Source: Octopus sinensis
Taxonomy: Eukaryota
Direction: 5' to 3'
DNA length: 64,000 nucleotides
Assembly (NCBI RefSeq): GCF_006345805.1
Contig: NC_042998.1
Location: forward strand, 160,704,001 to 160,768,000
The notes under the pieces were generated by a model, which had not been told where the DNA came from, made no database searches, and saw nothing but the letters and a program-made list of their open reading frames with translations. Positions within the stretch are counted from its first letter, which is position 1; the number at the start of each line of letters is the position of its first letter. This document shows, in pieces, positions 1-12,888 of the stretch. A program made the position numbers and the translations under genes.

Positions 1-29
1 CTAAACCACGCACCTCCACAGAATTGTTA

Positions 30-215
30 TTACATTGGGAAAAATGCTTAGCGTGGTTCTTCTGGCTCTTTAAGTTCTGAATTCAAAAGCCACTAAGGTT
101 GACTTTCTCTTTCATTCTTTTGGAGTAGATAAACTAAGTACCAGTTGAGCATGGGTTGATGTAAATCAGCTAGCTCCTGCCACTAAATTTCAGGCCTTGT
201 GTCTATATTAGTAAT
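30..215 (+). mobile_element. tRNA-headed SINE, family A (5'-eroded copy)
   Basis: Shares GTTCTGAATTCAAA, TTTCATTCTTTTGGAGTAGATAAACTAAGTACCAGTTGAGCA and AAATTTCAGGCCTTGTG with other copies in the window (33203, 41255). The central TTTCATCC..GGGGTCGATAA..AAGTACCAG block resembles the Deu/Nin-type SINE domain (from recall). Confidence 0.8.
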
Positions 216-599
216 AATTTAAATAGAAATATAATATGAATTTAAAACCTTATATTGTTTAAAACTTCAATTGCCTTCTATCAGCTGTTGTTCCATCTTT
301 CCTTACATTCACCACCTTATCATATATTTCTCCATCTTTTAAAGGGATTAAAAAAGGTTATCGCTCACGCAATGTCTCAAATTGTTCTATGATATAAACT
401 CAAGCATCTTGCTACAAGACTTGTACACACTTATTAGCAGTGATTGTTTATTTACAAAGTACATCTACTCAAGATGAAGAGTTAATAAGCTGGGAATAAT
501 AGCATAAGAGAGAAACAAATAAATTTGCTGAGAGTTGATCAAGTAGAAACAAACAGAATTGATACAAGGAAGTTTAAACAAGACCTAATGAAGTTTTGT

Positions 600-812
600 A
601 ATGGTTTCAAATTTTGGTTCAAGTCCAACAAATTTGGGAGAGGGGACAGGCTGATTACATCGACCCCAGTGTTCAACTAGTACTCATTTTATTGACCTCA
701 AAAGGATGAAAGGCAAAGCTGACCTCAATGGAATTTGAACTCAGAATGTACAAACAAATGAAATGCCACTAAGTGTTTTGTCTGGCATGCTAATGGTTTA
801 GCCAGCTCACTG
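600..812 (-). mobile_element. SINE family A
   Basis: Reverse-complement copy: GATTACATCGACCCCAGTG, AAAAGGATGAAAGGCAAAG, GGAATTTGAACTCAGAA, GCATGCTAATG..GCCAGCTCAC. Confidence 0.85.
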
Positions 813-901
813 CTTTAATGAAGTTTCATGAGAGAAAAAAACTCTATTAGTGGTATTAAGGGTGGCTATAGTGATGGCAATGACAGTCATGATAATTCTT
901 T

Positions 902-1110
902 CTACTATAGACACAAGGCTCGAAAATTTGTGGGGAGGGAGCTAGTTGATTATATTGACCCCCGTATTCAGCTGGTGCTTCTTGTATTGAACCTGAAAAG
1001 ACAAACAGCAAAGTTGGCCTCAGCAGAATTTGAACTCAGAACATAAAGATAGGTGAAATGGTGTTAAGCATTTTGTCTGGTGTGCTAATGATCCTGCCAG
1101 CTTCCTACCT
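902..1110 (-). mobile_element. SINE family A
   Basis: Same motif order as 600-812 (GACACAAGGC..TTGACCCC..GAATTTGAACTCAGAAC..TAAGCATTTTGTCTGG..GCCAGCT). It accounts for most of ORF 828..1046. Confidence 0.85.
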
Positions 1111-2149
1111 TAATGACAGTGATAATACTGATTATGAAAATGATGTTAGCTCCATGGTCTTATATTATATATGATCTTTGAGGTAACAAAACTCTTAAAG
1201 CAGATAGTCAATGTTGTATTAATAGGATGCTTTATTTGCCATGTTGTTCCAGTTTGCCTTGCATTACAGGACAGCTGTAAACCTGTATTGACTTCTGAAT
1301 TTTAAAGTCCTACTGAAATATTGGTGAGAGTCAAATGCTTTGTTTCTTCATTGAATAAATAAGTTGAACATTATTATTTCCTTGTCACATTGATGCAATG
1401 AAGCATTAAGAATGCAGTAATTTTATTTAAAGGAAAATTGATAATCAATTAACGAAATTACTTAGTAATCCAAAAGTGATAAATTATTAGATACTGATCT
1501 TCAAGTTAATGGCAACGAATTGTTTCTTTCTTTTTTACATTCTTGAATTGTTTAATTTTTTTTGTGTTGCTTTTGCAATAAAAAATATTTACATGAATGC
1601 AAAATAGTAACTGACTACAAAACCATAAATGTAAAGTTATGAAACTCTTCGTGTCTTTGTCTCTTTCTCTGTCTCTCTCACATACATCTAAATGAATTTA
1701 TTGTTGGTTAATTTGGAAACGAACAGAAAATACATGCTTAGATTTTTAACAAAGAGAATATTAGCAGATACATGGAACTAGCCTGGGTACCCAATCAAAT
1801 GCCCAGGCAATAACTTGATTTTCAGTTATGACTAATTAAGAGTAAAATCAAACCCTGTTGAATAAATGTGTTTTATTAATAAATTAAATCTGATAATTTT
1901 ATTATTAATTGCACCCCTCACCTCTCTGGTTTATGTCTTGTGGAAATGCAATGATACAATAAAACCTCTTGGCAGACCATATTTCTTGTTTGGTTATTTG
2001 GATCCATGATAAATAATTACTCATTTCTGGAAGCTGCAACATATAATTGTCCATGAGAGAAGCACAGTATTGAGAGATATAAAGTGATTGTTTTCAAGTT
2101 CTGCCCTTGTACTTTTTTATAGTCATGGTAAAACACAAGTCTACAATGC

Positions 2150-3010
2150 TGCATCAGGCAATCTTCTGAGAACAGATCTCCTAAGACTATTCGTATAGAT
2201 TATATGGTCTAGCTGGGTCACAAAATATAATCAATGCCAGGAGGTTCCTCAAGCTTGAAGCTTATTGGATAATGTTTGTCTCTTTCACAACATGGAAGAG
2301 GGGCTAGTCATCTTCCAAAAGCCCTCTTACCAGATATGCCGCATGGAAGGATAACATTTGTCTGCTCACTGTTCTCAAATAGGCATAGGAGGACATAGTA
2401 GACCACAGAAGGACAAACCTCACTTAAGAGGAGGCAAACATAGTAAATATTGCCTTGCTGAGGATTAATAGTGTAGATATGACCAATTGCAGGTATTCTG
2501 AACACAAAGTAGTTTTTGAATTCAGTCAGTTTTTCCTGCTTTCATCTGGTCCACACTTTGGTACTTGTATCCCAAGTGTAGTATTCTAGTACTTCATGTT
2601 ATCATAGAGCTTTTGAGTGGTCAAAAAATGCTGTTAGAATTATTGCTTGTGGACCTCTCTGAAGAGCTTAAAGGGCCATTTTCAAGAATGATAGCAAATC
2701 CTTTCAGTAGAGGGAAATACTCTGAGATTAAATGCTTTAAGATTTTCTATACTGCTTCAGATCTTCCAGCATGAAGTTTGGTATAAAACTGTCTTGTCTT
2801 GTTGATAGCATAATTCTTATCATCAACTCTCTGAAATTCAATGACTGCCTGGTCACCCCTTTAATAACATATTTTGTAATGTATTTGATGCTAAGAATAC
2901 TTGAACAAATTTCAACATTGATGTCAAATTGGTGAAGGAGAAATGGCTCATAAGGCACCATCCATTGGTTGACAACCTCCTGTTCTACATAGTCCCTAGT
3001 TGTTTCATTG
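2150..3010 (-). pseudogene. Helitron Rep/helicase coding fossil (frameshifted)
   Basis: Minus-strand pieces in canonical Helitron RepHel order: EVVNQWMVPYEPFLLHQF-DINVEICSSILSIKYITKYVIKG, IGHIYTINPQQGNIYYVCLLL, RGLLEDD*, LRNLLALIIFCDPARP. Several stops and frameshifts. Confidence 0.88.
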
Positions 3011-3850
3011 TAATTGACTGTAAGTAAATGCTACTACTGACAAAGACTAACAAGACAGAAATGTGCATCTAGCATTCTCACCAGCTACTGCTAGCTGATT
3101 TTTATCTGCTTCTGATGAGTTTTTAAACGCAATATATATTCCAAACGAATTCTGCAGTAAATTTGATTTTTTTCATTGTATTTACAGTTTGTATACACAT
3201 TGTATACACAGATGGTTATTTTAAACAAATATTACTTCTCTTGCACACAATGAATAAATTAAGCTAAATATAAGCGAGAAGAGGATGAATAAGGCCTGAG
3301 AACAGACCCTGTCTGTCTGACCCATGCAAGTATAGAAAAGTGAATGTTAAAATGACGAGATTGACACACAATCATACACATATGATGGTGATGATGATGA
3401 TGATGATGATGACTACTCCACTGTTGCCACAGATGACTGCACCCTTGCTGCTGCCATTTCCACTATCACTACTGCTATGCCATCATCACCACCAATGTCG
3501 ATAATATGATGTATTACCTGCTCTCAGTAGGATGAAAAATCTGCTGGTATCCATAGTTAATTATGGGTGTGTACATAGTGGTATTCTAATCCCTGACATA
3601 AAAGATGATAGTGCACAGTGGGATTTCAGCTTGAAATACAAAGAACTGGCATAAATAGCACAGGGTATCCGATCCAACACTGAAATGATTCTGCCTGTCA
3701 ACCCAAGACAGGAACTGTATCTATCAACCCTAAATGACAAAAGTGACCGAATTCAGAAAGCATTGTGAAATTTGAATACAGAATGCAAAGAGATGGAAGA
3801 AATATTAGAATACATATTTCTAACATTTTTGCTAATTAACTGCATCTCAC

Positions 3851-4030
3851 CATTAAAAAATGTTTGAAAGGTATGACATAAGCAATGATGATGTTCTCTG
3901 CTGCTGTGCGTGTGTCAGAAGACAAAGTATCATAACCATTCGACACAAGGGTTGCTTGAAAGGGTTTCTCAGCATTTGAAAAAATGGGTATGCACACGCA
4001 CACACAGAGATTGCTAGATAAAAGAAGCAT
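3851..4030 (-). CDS. Candidate internal exon of an unidentified gene (180 nt, phase 0/0)
   Basis: Acceptor ttttatttAG, donor ATG|GTGAGA, length a multiple of 3, and only the phase-0 frame is open end to end (MLLLSSNL...IPFKHFLM). Non-repetitive sequence; no family recognised. Confidence 0.4.
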
Positions 4031-5350
4031 CTAAATAAAATGCAGAAGATTAGAAAGTAAGGAGGAAACAAGCAGTTTATGAAGTTTTACAAGTAGAACA
4101 TATGATGGAGAAAGTATAGAAAAATATTACAAAATAGTAAAAGTATGTCCAATGAAAATAAATTTGCCAAATGAAATGAAATTCAAGTTGCACACTTATC
4201 AAAAAAAAAAAAAGTAAAAGCATTAAGAGAAGGTGGAGAAAAAGAAATAGGAATGATAACAAATTTACAATGTCTGTTTACATAACGTATATCTGTTTAT
4301 ATAGACTATATTTCAAAGATTTCTTTAGAAAAAAAACTTCATGAAAACCTTAAGCAACTAACTGTATCTTGGTCTTGATATGTTATACAAATAATCAAGA
4401 CCATCTATTCCTGCTAGTTCTCTCCCTTTAAAACCTGTGAATGTGTATTTAAACAATAGTGGAAACAACAGAATTCAATCAATGCCCTAGTTAACACATT
4501 CATATACACATGCACGCACGCACACACACACACACACACACACCTCTCATTTTTCTCTCTTTCTCATGCACACATATACAAATACTTATACATATACATG
4601 CACCTACATAGATGCAGTTTTCTAGTTTACCTGTATTACTGATGCATATCTGTTAATAGCTGTCATAAAAGTCTGTTGAATTCTGGTACAGAAATGAAAC
4701 CTTAAACTTAAATAATTTCTGTGGTATTCCTAATGTTGCAAATTCTAAGTGACAGTTTGATAGCAGTTATTGCTGGGTGTGGCACTCACTCTCTTCACAA
4801 ATAATACTCATAACAAGATACTAGTTTCAGGGTGTGGTTTTCCACAATTCTTCTCGCCTGACTGTCTCTTGGCAGAACTAAACTTCTAAGAGAGTGGCAA
4901 TTGTGAATGCTTTGATACACCAAAGAAGAAAATAAATAATTAAAATAAAAGTGTTCTGGTTATAATTTGTTTCTTTTCTTTAGGTTGAAGATAAAGCTAG
5001 AGCTGTATCATGTTTAAAACAAATAGACTTGTCAGAAGTAAGAGGCAAAATAACTAACTGCATGTGTAGACATTTGTGTACTGTGACAGTGACATGAATG
5101 ATTGTGCATATGTGTGTGTGTGTGTGAATAATGAACATAAGTATATGCATGTATTTACAAATGTGTGTGTGTATGTTTGAGTACTTGTATGTGTGTGTAT
5201 GAGACACTAGAACCAATTGCGTATGGGGAGACAAATACAAAATGTAAGCATGAGAGTAAGCTTTGAGCGTGCATTTGTGCATAAACAGGCTCATTTTTGA
5301 AAAGTATGTATACATATTACGGTTGTGTGTATGTGCTTGTGTGTGTGTGC

Positions 5351-5386
<36 letters not shown>

Positions 5387-5809
5387 ATGGTAATTAAAAG
5401 TGTGACAATTGCAAGTAAGAGTTTCTGATATATAAAAATGTATTTTGTCTTTAGCTAAGATTTCACATTTATACTGTACATATATATATCATAGTAAGAT
5501 AACAGGATGACACAAAATTCAAATATTTTAGTAAATTTAAAATGTTTTATAAATAATTATCTTTTAAAATTTCCAATGATATATTAGATAATTTGAAGTG
5601 ATGATCCTGTACCTATTACCAGTTTAAACTGAATTTACAGATAAACTGTCTCCTAAGTTACACTTGTGTGTTATAATAAATCTGTCATGAAAGGGAAAAC
5701 TTACACTCTGAATCACACATGGAATTACTTCTTCACATATTTCTTAAGAAAGATAGCCAAGAAACTATTCTATAAAATTATACAAAAACTGAGAATTGTA
5801 TAAGACTGG

Positions 5810-6010
5810 AGCATGGCTGTGTGGTAAAAAGCTTGCTTCTCAATTATATAATTCTGGATTCAGTCCCACAGTGTGGCACCTTGGGCAAGTGTTTTCTTCT
5901 ATAGCTTGTGAGTGGATTTGATTGATGGAAACTGGAAGAATCCAGTTGTGTGTTTGTGTTTGTCTCCCAGCACCACTTGACAGTTGGTGTCGGTTTGTTT
6001 ACATCCCCAT
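5810..6010 (+). mobile_element. tRNA-headed SINE, family B (partial)
   Basis: Head GCATGGCTGTGTGGTAAAAAGCTTGCTT..GATTCAGTCCCA, CORE-like GGCACCTTGGGCAAGTG, then GTGGATTTG..GATGGAAACTG. Confidence 0.8.
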
Positions 6011-6344
6011 ACTCTTAATTTTTGTAAGTCATTAAGGTTAATTATTTGATAAAACAAGCAGAATAAAAGAACCAAAGATTTGAGCATTTTTTTGTTTTTT
6101 GTGAAATAAATAAATGAATTATTAATGTCAAAAACTATGCAAAGCAAAAATTGCTTTTTGTTCTAATCTCAGCATTTTCAACATGTAAGAGATTTCCTAT
6201 TAAAATTCATCTAGAAGCTTCTGTACAAATCAGCCTTTCCTGTCCTACACGTATGCAAGCACACACACACGTATATCTATATAAAGTTTGGCTTTTCTGA
6301 GACTAAACATTTGATGCACAAACCCTATTATTAGAAATGTTGGA

Positions 6345-6550
6345 GTATTGGTTTCAAAACTTGGCACAGTAATTTTAGGGAAGGGAGTAAGTCGACTACA
6401 TTGACCCAGTGCTCAACTGGTATTTATCTTATTGACCCCAAAAGGAATGCAAGGTTAAGTTGATCTCAGTGGAATTTCAGTTCAGAACGTAAAAATGGAT
6501 CAAAAGCCACCAAGCATTTTGTCTGTCACAGTAACAATTCTACTAGCACG
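6345..6550 (-). mobile_element. SINE family A
   Basis: GTCGACTACATTGACCCCAGTGCTCAACTGGTA..ATTGACCCCAAAAGGA..GGAATTTCAGTTCAGAACGTAAA..AAGCATTTTGTC. Confidence 0.82.
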
Positions 6551-8532
6551 TTAATCCTTGAAATGTTAGAACATTAGTCAGTTTCATAATCCTGTTTGGT
6601 AAATTTAACATTTAAGCAAAACATGTGGTGTCCTCTCGCAGACTTGTCATATAAAGGAGATAATCATTTCTTCATAACATTTGGCAGGATTAGAAGTTTA
6701 AATTTTAAATTAAAGAATAAGGGAAAAAATGCATAGAGTATACATATTTAATTTTTTATTTTTGTTGCTCACTTATTATGAAGTTCTTAAAATTTCTAGT
6801 TAGTCTATCTATAAAGTCTATCCAACAGCTGAACCTTTATATAACTGACCAGTTTGCTAAAAATAATAGTCAAATTCCCCTCAAGTGACAGCTTAAAAAA
6901 AATAAAGAGTGAATCTGAATAATAAGACAAGATGGTCATGACTGGAACACCTTTGATTGTTAGTTTGCTCATGCAGGACTGATCAGGGCTAAAATGCAAC
7001 TGATAAACTAAGGTTGGTTGTTGATAGTAAAATCAATTCAGTTTTTTATTTGTAATGTTGTAAAGTTAAATAAAAATAAGAAAAAAACAAAAGATACATT
7101 AAAAAAAACAGATGTGACCTAAACTTGAGCTTTGTCATTCAATTAATTATATTGCTTATTAACTTTGGTCTGGCTCAGAATATATTCAGCCAGAATCAGT
7201 TTTTCATAACTCTTATTAAAGCAAATTGTTTTTCATTTTTTTTCTGGGTATTTTCTAAGAAATAGTAGTCAACAATTTTAAACTAAAATCATGTTATATC
7301 TTTTTTATTCTTCATTATTGTTATCATTTTTTTATTGTATTTTCACTAACTTGATTTTTATCGATTGGTCATTAGCAGGTTATATGTTAAATTAAGCATT
7401 CTTTGTTAATAATTTGTCAGTATAAGCTACAATTTTTTTGGAAATCCAAGAATCCAATCAATAGTTATGTTACACAGAAGATTAGAAGACTTGCAGCTTG
7501 CTTTAATGATGATAATACATTATGATGCTTAAGAAAATAAAAGCAAAAAAGAAAAAAAAAATCAAGTATCTTTCCATTATGCCTTATTTTTATTATTATT
7601 AATATCATCATGATCATGATCATGATCATGATCATCATCACTGTTGTTGTTTTTATGCCAACCATCCTGCTACCTTCAAGAGAATGGGTGTACATTTAAG
7701 TATAAGATAATCATACATGCATTGCTTTGTTCTAACTTAATGTAAGAACTGATGAACAAAGAAACAAAAATGAAAAACAGAAGAGAGATAGAGAGAAAGG
7801 AAAGTGAGGGAGAAGAAGAAAAAATGCAGAATACTGATTTTGTTAAATGAGATTTGTAGAACCATTGAGCTATCTGTATGCAATTGTATGAATTATGAAA
7901 ATTATGTCAGATAAAGGACTAGGTGAAGTCAAAGCCATCTAATTATAATGGTAAAAGAAGAAAGAAGCAGAACTCTGTCACTGCCCAAGTGCTTACAGTA
8001 AGGTTTTCCTTTTTTAATTTCTTTTTTCATAGATTCCAAATAGCCAAACATAATGCATAGAAAAGAGCACAGTTAATAGTTTGTGAATGACCAAAAAATA
8101 ATTCCATACATATAAGAGATACATAAAAAAAAAAAGTTAGGATAACATATCTTATCAATTTTACAGAAAGATCTTATGATCAGCGCCAATACATAAATAT
8201 AAATCACAGCCATTTCTCCAAGTGATTATTGCATTTTGTGGGAAAGACTTAAGAAGTGTAATGGAGATAAAAAGAGGGAAAGAAAGAAAAAAAACATTAA
8301 AAAATAGAAGCAGCACTGAATCAGTACCAATTTAGTTGAAAATAAGCCTGAGCCACTTTTAAGATCATACGAATAGAAAGCAAAATTTTTCCTTCATAAA
8401 AAAGGAACAAACTATTACAAGTTATGTGTGTGTGTGTGTGTGGTGTGTGTGTACGTGTGAGGCAGGCTCCTTATTTTCAGTGGTCAAATTACTTGGCTCA
8501 TATGTAGACAGTTTAGTTCCAATCAGTCTCAC

Positions 8533-8591
8533 CATAAAAGAGACAGGATATAAAAGACTAATTTCAAAAGTAGACAAAATACACCCCAACC
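8533..8591 (-). CDS. Candidate small exon (59 nt), hydrophobic
   Basis: Acceptor tatttattttggcacAG, donor ATG|GTGAGA. Open as (G)LGCILSTFEISLLYPVSFM or GWGVFCLLLKLVFYILSLL. No family recognised. Confidence 0.3.
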
Positions 8592-9195
8592 CTGTGCCAA
8601 AATAAATAGATATCAAAATTAAGGAAATGAATCAGATTCTTATTTCAAGATAAGCTATTGGTTAGAATATAAATGAAATGTAATGGTTAGTGAGATAATT
8701 TACATGCAGATTTGTGGATTTTCAGCAAGTTTCCAGAAATTGAAACATTAATGGGATTTGTATTGTTGTGTTAAAGAAAATATTTCTGAAATTCTAAAGT
8801 TTACTTAATGAACTACTGAATATTGTAGGAAATTGCTGGGACATTCAACTATTTAAACTAAATATTGACATGGTTCTCATGATTTACAACAAAGATTATC
8901 TGTTATAATGGTATATACATACATTTAGACATCTTAATAGAGCTATATTTGCCATAGTTATTGCTCAGGATTTGACTATTTTAATTCCATTAATCAATTT
9001 AAGAAAAAGCAGAAATGCAATATATTTGTTACATTTATGTATTTGTTTTATAAGAGTCCTAATGTGAAGTTGTTTTGTTGAAACAGATATTGTTATATTT
9101 AGGGATGGTCATATATTTTTTTAATTTTACCAATTAAACCACATGGACTTTATACATTTGATGACACTATATAATGCTTTATCATCTTTCTTGTT

Positions 9196-9425
9196 TTAAC
9201 CCATTTGTTACCACATTTCTGTTGAGATGCTCTGTGTTTCCTTCAATTAATTCTAAATTTAACAAAGAATTTAGTAAAATTACTTAGTTATGGTTAAGCC
9301 AGTGTTAGGAACATAAATTGTGACTAAGATTTGGTGGAAGATTTTAATTCAGAACTTTTGAAAACAAAACCTTTGTGCTACAGAGCCAGAGGAAGTTTCA
9401 GCCAGGTTGGTATCAAAAGGGTTAA
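9196..9425. mobile_element. piggyBac-like MITE (TTAA-flanked)
   Basis: TTAA-CCCATTTGTTACC ... GGTATCAAAAGGG-TTAA imperfect TIRs with TTAA at both ends. Confidence 0.75.
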
Positions 9426-9599
9426 ACAATGAGCATTAAAATAAGAATAATAGTGAAACTGAAGTGAAGACCAAATATATAGTGCATGTGATTAACTGGC
9501 ACTATATTTGATTAAGAATTGTATTTTCTGTTTCAAATTCTTATTTACAAGTATAATGTGCACTTAAATCCTTATTTTTTATGGTTCACAAAAATGACT

Positions 9600-10450
9600 A
9601 AAGTCAAAAATTATATGCACTCCTGTTTCTGTAATATATTAAAACAAAAACAAAAGTTGAATAGTTACATAATTTTTTGACATAGACTTCTTGTTTTTCA
9701 CTGCACTTATCCCAGCAGTCCACAAGCTTGTTTATTTCATCTGAAAAGGAAGTTTTTGACTGGTTGTGCAGCCATTTATGCACCACTTTCTACTCTTCCT
9801 CATGCATAGCAAACTGACGACCTTGAGTAGTCCCAAAAGGTGATAGTCAGAAAGGATGAGATCTGGGTTGTATACAGAATGTCTCAGCAACTCGAAATCC
9901 AATTTTTCAATGGTTTTCATGGTGTGGGTTACCATATGTGGATGTACATTGTCATGTGACAATAAAACTTATTTTGACAATAGACCTTCGTATTTGGTGT
10001 GAATTGCTGATTTCAGTTTGCTGGCCAGTATTTCACTGCTTCCCACATGGTGACTCTAGACCCCTGTTTTAGTTAATGTTCCAAAAAACAGCTAGCTTCA
10101 CTTTTTCTGTGGAAGGTTCTATATTGAATTTCTTTTTCACTGGCAATCCTAGTCATTTCCACTCCACACCCTGCCTTTTGGATTCTGACTGAAAGTGACA
10201 GACTCAGGTTGCATCTACTTTGACTATTCTCTCCAAAGAACCTTCACCATCATTGTTGCAGTCAAGTAAGCATTGACAAATCTTCACACAATTGTGCTTA
10301 TGTGCTTTGGTAAGCTCTCATGCCACCCATCTTGCACAGACTTTATGGAAGTAAAGCTTGTAGGTGATTTCAAATGTAGAACCATCACTAATTTGCAGAG
10401 AACATGCCACCTCATCAATGGTAACTCAGCATTTAGAGGTCATTTGTATG
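9600..10450 (-). pseudogene. mariner transposase remnant (5'-truncated)
   Basis: RVTIDEVACSLQIS, HKVCARWV, ERIVKVDAT*V (TGDETW-like), HDNVHPH (HDNARPH), YNPDLILSDYHL (YSPDLAPSDY), NKLVDCWDKC. Confidence 0.9.
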
Positions 10451-10539
10451 AATTTAGAAAAAGATGCATAGCCCATCAAAGAAGAGCTGTATTTGAAAAC
10501 AAATTGGTAGAAATAATCTTAAGAATTCTATCAACTTAT

Positions 10540-11460
10540 TCAATGAATCCATTAACATCAGTAGTTGCTTCAATGCAGGGTTGAAAGCATTATCATGCCC
10601 AAATCAGTTGATCTTTATCAATTTTGAACATTGTGCTCATTATGGTAGACTTGAGAAATTGTATGGTGTTATGGAGGTGTTGATTGACCTCTCTCTTGGC
10701 TATGCACCATATGTAATAGAGGTCTCGTATGCTAAGAGGTCATGTGTCTGGGAGAACATGATTATGGAGATCGGCATGCATCCACACCTGGGGTTGTCCT
10801 AGCTTGATATGAGATGGCACAGTCTTGTTGGAAGATGTATGATTTTCTGTTGTATAACCTGTCTATCAAGAGCTTCAAAACATCTGTGTAGACAGCAGCA
10901 ATGACTTTTAAACCATGGGAAAAAGGTGAGAAGGCATGATACCTTCCTCATTGTTGATGATTCTCAAAGCCATCGCAGTATGCATAACTGTTGAAAACTC
11001 ATCTGGATCTTTGCATAACTATCTGTCGTTCCTTCAGTTTAGCTCTTGGTGTTTTAACTTATTTAGGAACTACTTTGCAAAGATTGAATGATTCTCTTCA
11101 GACACATCCAACATAAACTGACCTTTTCACATCTCATACAACCTGTAGCAGCTGTCCTTATGCACAACTCTTATAATGGTACATTCTAAAATCGCGAGGT
11201 CCTTTGCAATGGCTATGATTGACTTTCTGGGTTTTTAATTGATTATTTTTTGGACTTTTTGTACAAAGTTATGTGTTCTGATAGTGTTAGGACTCTATGC
11301 TTGTGTTTTGTTTTCAGCTGCTCATGTTGTATCCTCATCAGTAGCTTCCAGCTCCTTTTGAACTTTAACAATGAAGAATCAGGTAACTTTCAGAAAGCGA
11401 GCTATCTCTGTATCACTATGTTGTGCTTTTAAGGCAACAATTACTGCATGCCTTTTCCTT
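10540..11460 (-). pseudogene. Tc1/mariner-superfamily (maT-like) transposase remnant
   Basis: N-terminal TEIARFLKVT*FFIVKVQKELE near 11300-11420. C-terminal YIFQQDCAISYQARTTQVW, RDLYYIW, EVNQHLHNT at 10550-10860. Catalytic spacing cannot be counted because of deletions. Confidence 0.75.
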
Positions 11461-11575
11461 TGCTGAGTCAACCTAATGTCAGACATGATATATCTGTAAA
11501 GTAAGGTAAAAAAAAAAAGAAGCAAGAAGGAAGTTAGAATTTAAAAAAAAGGTGATCTGTGAAAACTGACACAAC

Positions 11576-11577
<2 letters not shown>

Positions 11578-11632
<55 letters not shown>
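11578..11632. repeat. (TA)n microsatellite
   Basis: Pure TA run directly visible. Confidence 0.98.
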
Positions 11633-11635
<3 letters not shown>

Positions 11636-12640
11636 TATTATAAAAGGCAGATTTTATCTGCCTCCCTTTGTCTCTTATAGAAATCTACAATATAGGATTT
11701 CTTCAATTACAATTTACCTAGCATTTTTAAGAGTAGAATGCATCGGGTCGTGCCAGGTCCGGTTTTTAAAATTTCAACCCCAATTAAGCAAAATTTAGAG
11801 AAAACTCAAATTGTGGTGTGTAAGTGAAGTGCTTTTCTTAGTGTGGGCTACAGCACACACACACACACAAAAACGGAGCGATCTGCTTCACTCACGCTAT
11901 CACCCTAATTTCTCCTCCTTTCTCTTTGCAAGTGTGCAACGATTAAAGTGAAAGTATTTATATAAAACGGATCACTCATGCTATCACACTAATTTCTCCC
12001 ACTTTCTCTTTGCAAGTGTACCTTAAACCACTACTAAAAAAAAAAACACAGCAAACAGAAACAAATAAATACATAACGATTTACTCCTCACACAATTTCT
12101 TCAATTAGAGTTTACCTATGATTTTTCAAAGTACTTCCATTCGGTCATGCCATACAAAATTTCTTTCAATTTCACCCCCAATTAAGACAAAATTCGAGAA
12201 AACTCAATATTTTAACATTTCACTCCGAAAGCATTGATGTACATGTGTGCGTGTGTGAGGGTGTGTGTGTGTGTTTGATGGGGTGTGCGACACAGAAAGT
12301 GTGGTGTGTAAGTGAAGTGCTTTTGCTAGTGTGTGTAAAGAGACAGAGAGAGAGTACACATACCTACGTACACCTAAAGCACGCACACACACACACAAGC
12401 GGAGCGCGAACTTCAAAAGAACTTTGCGCGCTATCTATCTGGTTTGCCATTCCTCACACACACGCATACACATACATATATGACAGTGACAAACACAAAC
12501 GTTTCAAACAACTACATACAAACACGTGTGTGTTTGTTATTAGTAAAAAAGGCGCCAAACACAACTCACTTCTCATTCGAACACATTTGCAAGAACACAC
12601 CGACGGTCGAATTGCCATAACAATACAGAAAAGGTAAATT
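11633..12640 (+). mobile_element. Non-autonomous Helitron-like element with internal duplications
   Basis: Starts A|TCTTATTATAAAAGGCAG, is CpG-rich relative to its flanks and has duplicated modules (CACTCACGCTATCAC..TTTCTCTTTGCAAGTGT x2; GTGGTGTGTAAGTGAAGTGCTTTT x2; CCCCAATTAAG..AGAAAACTCAA x2). Its own 3' CTAG end was not found. Confidence 0.5.
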
Positions 12641-12738
12641 GGTTTTTAATTTACTTTCTGTCGTTAAATTTTGGTAGTATTAATTGGTGAGCGTACTTCT
12701 GTTGTCAATTGTTGACAGAAACAAATTGTAAGATAATA

Positions 12739-12780
<42 letters not shown>

Positions 12781-12888
12781 GAAGTGAAGGATAAAAATAT
12801 TGCAAGAAGTGGACAGATGTACATATATACATCCATACATACATGTGTGTGTGTGTCTATGTATGTGTATTAATGTGTGTGTGTGTTA

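Noticed and set aside
1278-1324. Plus-strand segment with good AG and GTGAGA splice-like ends
   Set aside because: All three frames contain stops, so at best it is a non-coding exon, and there is no support for that.
7900-8770. Plus-strand open stretches VKSKPSNY...QVLT and DLWIFSKFPEIETLMGF
   Set aside because: Each has only one credible splice site and no phase-compatible partner.
10273-10802. Plus-strand ORFs of 103 and 73 aa
   Set aside because: Antisense to the mariner and maT-like transposase fossils.
12204-12637. ORFs rich in CV/HT/YI dipeptides here and at 4980, 21546-22295, 42664-43004 and 55585
   Set aside because: Translations of (TG)n, (CA)n, (TA)n and (GATA)n repeats.
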